Positions 53,788 through 64,000 of a DNA stretch of 64,000 nucleotides are shown here, piece by piece. The stretch is from Octopus vulgaris (taxonomy: Eukaryota): assembly GCA_951406725.2 (NCBI GenBank), contig OX597822.1, positions 94,922,001-94,986,000 of the forward strand, read 5' to 3'. Both the position numbers and the translations under genes were made by a program. The notes beneath the pieces were generated by a model. It worked only from the letters and a program-made list of their open reading frames with translations, made no database searches and was not told the DNA's origin. Position 1 is the stretch's first letter; each line of letters opens with the position of its first letter.

Positions 53788-55391
53788 AACATGGGTTACC
53801 TGGAAAAATGTAAGCAAGAGAAATAATATTCTTAAAATTATAAACCTGGAAAAGTACAGGACAAGTTATTACACTTGGAAAAGTTTAGGACAAGCTGTGA
53901 CATCTGATCAAGTACGCAAGAAAATTTTTACTTAAAATATTGTAACTAAGGACAAAATTTGAATATAAAAAGTCATTTGATTTTAATTTACAAAGTAACA
54001 TTATAATTAAAAAAAGTACCATCATTTTGTTAAAACATAGACACACTAGAATACTTAAAAAATGAGAGCCAGAAGTACCAATATAGCTAAAGTTTTATTG
54101 CAAAGTAGAATAGTATATATGGTAGGCAAATTCATTATGTAAAAAATAGACATTGGGTCAAGACTAAAAATGTGAAGACTTGGCAATAACTTAGGCAAAT
54201 TTTACTGTGAATTTGTTGTTATAGGTAGATTTTACTCTAATATGTAACTAATTTTTGTATTCTATTTGTTGTACTAATTTTGTACTACTATTATTTTTTT
54301 ATAACCTATTTTCAAATTTCTAATTATTAATTAGCTGACCCCATGCCATAAAAAATGATGGCTAATTGTAGTATTTCATATATAAATAAGGTACCTAATA
54401 ATCACATATACAAACATTCACATACTTCCCTTATACATACACACATATACTCAAGTGTTGAAATGCTGTTTGATTTTTCTTTTCAGTGTTGAACATTCAC
54501 CATCCTATTTCCATTGTACACAAAAAAAAAATTAACATACCTTCCTTTTACATACTCACACAGACGCTGATTTTCTTTTTTCACTTCTTCCTTTGTTATT
54601 CAGCTGTCACTCTTTCTTTTCTCATTTATATGTTATGATGAAGAAAAAACAGAAGATACATGATGTGCTCTTTACCACTTCCTTTCTCTCATTGCTATTT
54701 CTCTCAGTCAGGGCTATTACTCTCACTACTTCTCCTTCACTGAATTACTATTTTCTCTTCTTTCCCTTCAATTTCTCCTTTGTGATTTTGAACAAACACA
54801 CACACACACACATACAAATATATATAAAAACACTTCCTTTTTTTAAAGTGCAAAAAATATTTTAATTAAGTTATTTTTAATTTTTAATAGAAGTAACAAG
54901 TAATAACAAATAGAAGTAATAACAAAATTTTTAGTTTTAATAAAAGCTGATATTTTCTAAATCCAAATATTTTATTTGAAATCTTATCCTTAGCTGCAAT
55001 ATCTTAAAGTAAACATTTTTTTACGTTATTTACATTTGCCGGATATTTGTCCTCATCTCGTTTGTTGTTAACACAACGGTTTCGGCTGATATACCCTCCA
55101 GCCTTCATCAGGTGTCTTGGGGGAATTTCGAATGTGGGTTCTCATTCCTGAGGTATTTTTTGATGTTATTATTATTATTATTCAGGTCACTGCCTGGAAT
55201 CAAACTCAGAATCTTGGGGTTAGTAGCCCGCACTCTTAACCACTACGCAATATGCCTGTACATACGTTCTGTACTTTACTAGATGTAATAACTTGTCCTG
55301 AACTTTTCCAAGTGTAATAACTTGTCCTGTACTCTTCCAGGTTTATAATCTTAAGAATATTATTTCTCTTGCTCGCATTTTTCCATGTAAT
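53788..55391. mobile_element. Old DNA transposon with long inverted repeats
   Basis: ~53788-53952 is the reverse complement of 55270-55391 plus 54987-55025; the right arm is split by the 55022-55262 insert. Confidence 0.65.
55022..55262 (-). mobile_element. tRNA-headed short element containing a type I hammerhead ribozyme (core ~55070-55116)
   Basis: Head GGCATATTGCGTAGTGGTTAAGAGTGCGGGCTACTAACCCCAAGATTCTGAGTTTGATTCC, then GACAC-CTGATGA-A-GGCTG(GAGGGTATAT)CAGCC-GAAAC-C-GTT-GTGTT. Confidence 0.8.
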
Positions 55392-55905
55392 AGAACTATA
55401 GCAGCAAATGGGAGGAATCATTAACGCATTGGATAAAATGCATTGCAGTATTTGTTCTAACATTTGATGCTCTGAGTTCAAATCTCTCTGAGGTCCTGAG
55501 TTCAAATCTCATTGAGGTCAACTCTAACTTTCATCCTTTTGGGGTTGATAAAATTGTAATTTCCAATTCAGAGTGGTGGATTGACAAAACTAAGAATATT
55601 AGCTCGGAATCCTTGTTTTTTTTTCAGGTTTTTTTGCTTTGGGTTCAAATGCCTTTGTGATAGACATAACCATTTTGTAACCATATTTCTGTTGAAATAT
55701 ACCCACTTTTTACTCTTTTACTTGTTTCAGTCACTTGACTGCTGCCATTCTGGAGCACTGCCTTTAGTCGAGCAAATCAACCCCGGGACTTATTCTTTGT
55801 AAGCCTAGTACTTATTCTATCAGTCTGTTTTGCTGAACCGCTAAGTGATGGAAATATGGCGTTAAGTCAAATAATAATATATGTATGCATGTGTATGTAT
55901 GTATG

Positions 55906-55952
<47 letters not shown>

Positions 55953-56019
55953 AAACTTAGATATGTTTCGACCAAAGATTAGTTCAGGCGATGTCTAACC
56001 AATAGAATTATTTAAATCC

Positions 56020-56790
56020 TTTTTAAGTCAAGTTTTGTTTATGATCCATTCATTTAGTGAGTTCTTGTTGAGTGAGTTGTATTCAGGTATGGATGTCTTA
56101 TCTGGTATTCCTTGGAGAAATCTGTCCAGACTCCGTTTAAAGGTGATGGGATCCTTTTCTTCTTTGATCAGTTTTAGGACAAAGTTAAACAGGGCAGAGC
56201 CTGTTGAGGAAAAGAAATTATGTCGTAGTGTACCTATATGTTGTGATCCTGAATTGGGCAGGGGACATATGGCCCCTGATCCCAGCCTTGAAACTAATGT
56301 TCAGGTCATTTGGGCAATGCTGGCAGTATATTCTCCACATCGTACAAATGATGTACCGCCCGCAGTGGCCCTGGAAAGAGTAGAGTTTCAAGGCTTTAAC
56401 CCTTTCATTACTGTATTTATTTTGAGATGCTCTGTGTTTCTTCCAATTATTTTAAATATAACAAAGAATTTAATAAAATAACATTGTTATCATTAAGCTA
56501 GTGTTAGGAACATAATTTGTGACTAAGGTTTGGTGGAAGATTTGAATTCAAAACTTATGAAAACAAGACATTTGTACTAAAGAGCCAGAGCCGGTTTCAG
56601 CCGGGTTGGTAATGAAAGGGTTAAGGCAGTCCAGTAATCGAGATCAGTCATGCCTTCAATTTTGTTTAGTGAGTGCCCTCTGGGTGATTCAATCTCCAAG
56701 ATGTTTTGTATGGGGAGACAAGGGGCAGCAGTATTCGAGGTGTGGCCAAACAAATGAGGAGAAAAGTGGAATGATGACACCTTTTACTAA
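56020..56790 (-). mobile_element. CR1-like LINE C-terminal fragment split by a MITE
   Basis: PHLEYCCPL..., and DYWTAL|KALKLYS is restored after removing 56400-56620 and one TTAA. Confidence 0.75.
56400..56620. mobile_element. piggyBac-type MITE, second family
   Basis: TTAA|CCCTTTCATTAC...GTAATGAAAGGG|TTAA. Confidence 0.9.
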
Positions 56791-57297
56791 TGTGCACAGG
56801 ACGATACGCAATGCCGAAAAGCAATGGAACTACATTTCATTAAAAAATTATCTCCAAAATTGAATGTTTAAAAGAAAAGCGAAGACAGTACATTTTGTAT
56901 TCTAAATACAACTCAAATATCGGAAGCATAATGCTCATCTCTGTGAATAATTCAGTTGTACACGTGTGGCATTGAGATGTTCTGAGCTTTGCATGTTTTT
57001 CTAGTAAGTGTTATACTAATAACTATACTAAGTAAGTGTTCTCTAATAAAAAAAATGTGAAATTGAAAGAGGTGTGATCGAAGTTACATGTTCCCAAAAA
57101 CACACACTCTTCATCAAGAGATTTTCTCTAACATTGAATGCTTGAAGGTAAAGTGGAGAATTTGCATTTTTTATTCCAAATGTGACTCATCTCTACAAAT
57201 GTTCAGGTATATAAATGTGTAGCATTGGGATGTTTTAGCTTTACATATATATATATATATATATGCGAATGTGTGTATGTATATATATATATATGCG

Positions 57298-57342
<45 letters not shown>

Positions 57343-57720
57343 ATCGAAGTCGATCAATGGAAATTGCAGATGTGTTACCAGTGCCGGTGGCATGTAAGAG
57401 ATCCTTCCGTTTCGCGACCGTTGCCAGCACCGCCCCGTTTCGTGTCCGTTGCCAGCCTCGCCTGGCCCTCGTGCCGGTGGCACATAAAAAGCACCATCCG
57501 TTCGCCAGCTCTGTCTGGCACCTGTGCGGGTGGCACGTAAAAAGCACCCACTACACTCACGGAGTGGTTGGCGTTAGGAAGGGCATCCAGCCGTAGAAAC
57601 ACTGCCAGATTTGACTGGGCCTGATGAAGCCTTCCGGCTTCACAGACCCCAGTAGAACCGTCCAACCCATGCTAGCATGGAAAACGGACGCTAAACGATG
57701 ATGATGATGATATATATGCG

Positions 57721-57758
<38 letters not shown>

Positions 57759-60700
57759 GAGGCACATATATAGTGGTTAGGGCAGCGGACTCGCGGTTGT
57801 AGGATCGCGGTTTCGATTCTCAGACTGGGCGTTGTGAGTATTTATTGAGCAAAAACACCTAAAGCTCCACAAGACTCCGGTAGGGGGGGTGGTGGCAATC
57901 CCTGCTGTACTCTTTCGCCACAACTTTCTCTCACTCTTTCTTCTGTTGGCCTACTCCATTAGCCAGTGGGGTGGCGTCATTTGAAGGCTAAAACAAATCG
58001 AAGCGCATTGTGACCAGCGATGTGTAGCAACATCTGATAGCCTGGTCAGTCACGGTGATATATATATATATATATATTATATTTGTTTATTTAAAAAAAA
58101 ATTTCAATTTGTAAATATTATACTGTTTTTTCATGCAGAACTACAATTCTCTCCAAAATTGAATGCTTGAAAGAAAAAGGGAAACAGTAGGTTTTGTATT
58201 CTAAATATAACTCAGAGGAGAAGAAGAAAGAAAGAGGAAAAAAGAAGGAAAGAGGAGAAAAATAGTGGGGAAGAGAGAAAGAAAGCAAAAAGACTTTCAG
58301 TGATGACCACACCATACCTGTTTTTTCTGAAGAGGTCACCATCCTTAAACCCATTCCAATACAATGGTAAATGAATAAATGGTGAATAGGAAGGGGGGAT
58401 CTCTCCTCTCTCCCTCCCTATCTATCTATCTACCTACCTAGCCACCCACCCGCCTACCTATATTTTTATCTATCTATCTCCATTGTCATGGAACCTCACC
58501 CCCAAAAAACAAGAAACCAATGTTCTCTTTTTCTCAACCAAACCCCACAAAAAACATGTTTTATATAAATGAACAAGCTGGCTGTGTGGTAAGTAGCTTG
58601 CTAACCAACCTCATGGTTCTGGGTTCAGTCCCACTGCGTGGCATCTTGGGCAAGTGTCTTCTGCTATAGCCCCGGGCCGACCAATGCCTTGTGATTGGAT
58701 TTGGTAGACGGAAACTGAAAGAAGCCTGTCGTAGATATGTGTATACATATTTGTATGTGTTTGTGTGTCTGTGTTTGTCCTCCTAGCGTTGTTTGACAAC
58801 CGATGCTGGTGTGTTTATGTCTCCGTTACTTAGCGGCTCGGCAAAGGAGACCGATAGAATAAGTACTGGGCTTACAAAAGAATAAGTCCCGGGGTCGAGT
58901 TGCTCGATTAAAGGCGGTGCTCCAGCATGGCCGCAGTCAAATGACTGAAACAAGTAAAAGAGTAAGCTGTTTGTGCATTGACAAAATTTTATTTGACAAG
59001 TACATATATATATATCACGTGACCGACCAGGCTATCAGATGTTGCTACACATCGCTGGTCACAATGCACTTCGCATTGTTTTAGCCTCCAAATGATGCCA
59101 CCCCGCTGGCTAAGTGAGCAGGCCAACAGAAGAAAGAGTGAGAGAAAGTTGCAGCGAAAGTGTACAATAGGGATCGCCCCCCCCCCTGCTGGAGCCTTGT
59201 GGAGATATAGGTGTTTTCGTTCAATAAACACTCACAATGCCCGGTCTGGGAATTGAAACCACGAGACTGCTGCCCTAACCATTGGGCCATTGCGCCTCCA
59301 CACACACACATATATTTTTCTAGCTGTTTTCCCTGGTTTCACCCGGGTAGTTTAGTTGATGTTGCTGTAAAACTGGCTATCTTCTAAATATTTACCTCTT
59401 TGTATTCTAACACTAATAATGTTTGTATTCAAACATTAAAAAATTAACAAAAAAAGAAAAAAAACTCAAATTAATAAACATGTTAAGTTGCCGATATCTG
59501 TAGTTATTGGAAGGTTTCAGTACTCTGAGTTATATTTAGAATACAAAATGATATAGCTAAAATTATCTTAATTTATGTAATCAAGGTCAAGCATCAAATG
59601 TAGTCATTGTACCTAACCTGAACATCAATCATGAATGAAAAAATGTGAGAGTGAAGTTGTTCTATGTACTTAAACAATCATATAAATTGTACTTTGTTAA
59701 ACAACTTGACGTAAATACAATGTAAAACAGTAGCCAGTAGCAGAAACTTTGTACAAATAGGCGCAGGAGTGGCTGTGTGGTAAGTAGCTTGCTTACCAAC
59801 CACATGGTTCCGGGTTCAGTCCCACTGCGTAGCATCTTGGGCAAGTGTCTTCTACTATAGCCTCGGGCCGACCAAAGCCTTGTGAGTGGATTTGGCAGAC
59901 GGAAACTGAAAGAAGCTCGTCGTATATATGTATATATTGGCCAGCTCTGTCTGGCACCTGTGCAGGTGGCACGTAAAAAACACCCACTACACTCACGGAG
60001 TGGTTGGCGTTAGGAAGGGCATCCAGCCGTAGAAACACTGCCAGATCTGACTGTGCCTGACGAAGCCTTCCAGCTTCACAGACCCCAGTTGAACCGTCCA
60101 ACCCATGCTAGCATGGAAAGCGGACGCTAAATGATGATGATGATATATTTGTGTGTCCATTTTTGTCCCCTTAGCATTACTTGACAACCGATGCTGGTGT
60201 GTTTATGTCCCCGTCACTTAGCAGTTCGGCAAAAGAGGCCGATAGAATAAGTACTAGGCTTACAAAGAATAAGTCCTGGGGTCGATTTGCTCGACTAAAG
60301 GCGGTGCTCCAGCATGGCCACAGTCAAATGACTGAAACAAGTAAAGGAGAGAAATAGAATTAATGTTTAAGTTCACCGAATGAACATAATCGCAATTGAA
60401 GCCTGCCTTGAAAAACGGGTCAATGGGGAAACAGCAGAACTTTCGGCGGCGTAATAATTCTAAAAAAAAAAGAAAAAAGAATTAATGATTGTGCACACAT
60501 GCAATGAACGGAATAAACTGAACTTAGGTGACGTGATTGGTTGCGAAAAATAGCAGCGGAATGTACGTGAAGGAAACATGGAGAAGAGAGACCATTTTGT
60601 ATGCAGACACACACACACACACATTTACATACCCCACTTTTACAGACACACACATATATTCACACGGAGTTGAAATGCTGTTTGATGATGTAGATATAAA

Positions 60701-63700
60701 GATCCCTTCCAGGGGCTTATTATCGATTTTTTCACTGATTAATCTACTGATGATGCTTTGGTGAAGAAGACAGCCTGCAGGGTGAACAATAATTGTCCAA
60801 AGTTTCGAAGTTGGCTGCAGTAGGCCACCACTGAAAACTGCTGTATGTATTAATATACCATTATACTAAGCTAGAAAACATAATGCGGGACAAACATCTG
60901 ATATAATGAATTATGACATCGATGCAACAAGTTTGAAGATATTGGGATCTTTTCTGTTTGAACGGCAGTTTTTAACATAATTTCTAGGTAAATAAAAAAT
61001 TTTAAACTTCGTATACTGGTAGAATGTGTTTATAAAACATCTTTTTCTCTTGGCTTTATTGAGAAAATTCTATAGTTTGCAAGATATTTGTTGTTTTTTT
61101 CTTCAATTTCTGCAATTTCAACCAATCACTGACGTCTATTGAGTTAAAAAAAACATTCTGTGCCGTATGAATATGTCCCTCGTTTAAGAAACAGATTGGG
61201 TTTATTTACATTTGTGAAGAAAAAAAAGATACCCCCCCCTAACCCTAAAAGGGATTGAAATGCAATAGATGGATACTAGGGTCATAATTATGGGTGACAA
61301 TTTCATATGACACCGCTAGAAAAAACTGCCGTTCAAACCTAAGAGATCCAGATATTGTATGGCATGTATGAATCTTCCACAACTTTGACAGTCTCCTACA
61401 CTCATTGGAACACAGTGGTTTGATCTTGCTGAATATATATCGTGTGAAAAACGAGAGCGAGCCTGGTGAGTGCACAGTTTACTCTTTTACTGGCTTCAGT
61501 CATTTGACTGCGGCCATGCTGGAGCACCGCCTTTAGTCGAGCAACTCGACCCCAGGACCTTATTCTTTGTAAGCCTAGTACTTATTTTATCGGTTTCTTT
61601 TTTTTGCCGAACCGCTAAGTGACGGAGATGTAAACACACCAGCATCGGTTGTCAAGCAATGCTAGAGGGACAAACACAGACACATGAACACACACACATA
61701 CATATATATATGACAGGCTTCTTTCAGTTTCCGTCTACCAAATCGACTCACAAGGCATTGGTCGGCCCGGGGCTATAGCAGAAGACACTTGCCCAAGGTA
61801 CCACGCAGTGGGACTGAACCCGGAACCATGTGGTTGGTTAGCAAGCTACTTACCACACAGCCACTCCTGCGTTTATTTGCATTTTCAAGGAAACAAACCT
61901 TCGCTTGTCAGGCATCTTTGTCATTTGATTGACAGACTTCCAGCTTTTAGAGATTCCTAGCTGCTCTCTATTTCGACAAGATTGAAGGATGTTTTGTTTC
62001 TGTCTCTGCGGAGCTCTAACCACTAATCTGTACGGGGTAGTACATTCCTCACTGGAATAGGCTTTGGCATTCCCCATATTGGTTGGTGGTGAGGTACTGG
62101 CTAGTTTCTTGAAGTGTGTGTTGCAAATTGTTTAGTCAGTCGCACCTCAGAACACTGAGACTAAACATTCTCCATTTCTGCACCATTGCTGTAGGTAGGT
62201 TGGAGTAGTGAATTAAGGGGTGAGTGGTTGGCGTTAGGAAGGGCATCCAGCCGTAGAATCATTGCCAGAAACATACGGCACAGAATGCTTTTTAACTCAA
62301 TAGACGGCCATTGATTGGTTGAAATTGCCGAAATTCAAGAAATTAAAGACCAAATATCTTACAAACTATAGAATTTTCTCAATAAAGCCAAGAGAAAAAG
62401 ATGTTTTATAAACACATTCTACCAGTTTACGAAGTTTAAAATTTTTTAGTTACCTAGAAATTATGCTAAAAACCACCGTTCAAACCGAAAAGATTCCAAG
62501 TTTCTTATTTCACAGCCACGCCTGCGGGTGTTTGGAAAATATTCTTAAACCTTTTAATAGCAACAAACTCTTGGTTTATTTAAATACTAAGTAAATAGCC
62601 ATATTTTCTTGACATATCTGTGAATATATACTGAGTAAATCGTTATTTCGCGTTTATAGTTTTTATTGTTATTTAAAATCACACAATTGTTTTAAGATAT
62701 TCTTTGCAGATGTATCGAGAATGAACAGTTTGTTCCTGTTTGGAACCCACGAGGTTTTCTGTCCTTAAATTGCCTGGTTAATGGAACACAACCATACACC
62801 TTGTAACTATGTTAAGGTATCGACCAAGGCGGCGAGCTGGCAGAACCGTTAGCACGCCGGGCGAAATGCGTTGCCGTATTTCGTCTGCCGTTACGTTCTG
62901 AGTTCAAATTCCACCGAGGTCGACTTTGCTTTTCATCCTTTCGGGGTCGATTAAACTAGTACCAGTTACGCACTGAGGTCGATATAATCGACTTAATCCG
63001 TATGTCTGTCCTTGTTTGTCTCCTCTGTGTTTAGCCCCTTGTGGGTAGTAAAGAAATAGGTATCGACCAGCATTACAGAGAATGTGTAAGAATTGAAAGG
63101 TACATAAAACATTCAATGAAACTGAACCTGGAACCATGTGGGTTGAAAGCAAACTCCTTACCACAAAGCCACGCCTGTTCCTAATAAATACAAACACATA
63201 CATATACAATCACATAGATATATGGTATATATAAAGCGGCGAGCTGGCAGAAACGTTAGCGCTCCGGGCGAAATGCTTAGCGGTCTGTCGCAACGTTGTG
63301 AGTTCAAATTCCGCCGAGGTCGACTTTGCCTTTCATCCTTTCGAGGCCGATAAATTAAGTACCAGTTACGCACTGGGTCGATGTAATCGACTTAATACCT
63401 ATGTCTGTCCTTGTTTGTCCCCTCTATGTTTAGCCCCTTGTGGGTAATAAAGAAATAGATATATGGTATGTGTGTGTGTGTACAGGAGTATATCTGCAGG
63501 GGTGACGTGTTGGCGTCAGTGCGGGAAAGTGAGGTGAAAACTTGACAATTTCCTGTCTATTGAAATAAATTCAAGGCTTTTTCTGCCGACCCCACCAAGT
63601 CAATTTCGTAAATTTATGGCCTTCTATAAATTCTTAGAACGCTTACTCCAACCCCCTCCCGTACTCAACTATCTCTTTAACAATAGCTCCATCCCCAATC

Positions 63701-64000
63701 CCTTTTCATCACTGCCACTCCTCAACCAAACTACACTATTGACCCCTGTCCCCTATGAATATTATCTTCCTAGAGTCTTACTCCCAAATTGTGAACCAGT
63801 TCTTCTTTCTACCTTCGTTGAACTGTATGAAACATTAAGAATTACTTTATTTTCTTTCCCGTTTCATACTTTCAATAAGTCACACACGTGGCAAAATTTC
63901 GAAGTATGTGTTTATAATATAAATAATTATTATAGTAATATAAATTGAAGTCCTATAATTAAAAGATAATTCTTGCTGTGTAGTAAGTAGCTTGCTAACC

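Noticed and set aside
57620-57650. CTGATGA plus hairpin in SINE D as a hammerhead
   Set aside because: No GAAA box follows the hairpin, and other copies do not keep CTGATGA.

Overview
AT-rich, microsatellite- and transposon-dense eukaryotic DNA. The repeat families, intronless C2H2 arrays and TTAGGG motifs suggest a coleoid cephalopod, probably Octopus (inference). Nearly all short ORFs in the track are translations of (AT)n/(GT)n tracts. Main content: (1) at 1.6-25 kb, ten full-length plus one partial intron-containing tRNA-Lys(UUU) genes, the first four inside a ~2.7-3.2 kb tandem duplication; (2) two paralogous single-ORF C2H2 zinc-finger genes, each ending at a TGA that replaces the linker Gly and each followed by decayed fingers; (3) Helitron, RTE, CR1, Penelope GIY-YIG and solo-LTR relics, several SINE families, and hAT- and piggyBac-type MITEs. 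The most notable non-obvious signals are a set of type I hammerhead ribozyme motifs, several with unusually long stem II domains, in microsatellite-embedded ORF-less Penelope-like fold-back elements; a ~240-bp tRNA-headed (Pol III) element carrying a hammerhead; and a telomere-repeat hAT MITE that has captured the intron-bearing 3' half of the local tRNA-Lys gene. Coordinates were counted by hand and repeat boundaries are approximate.
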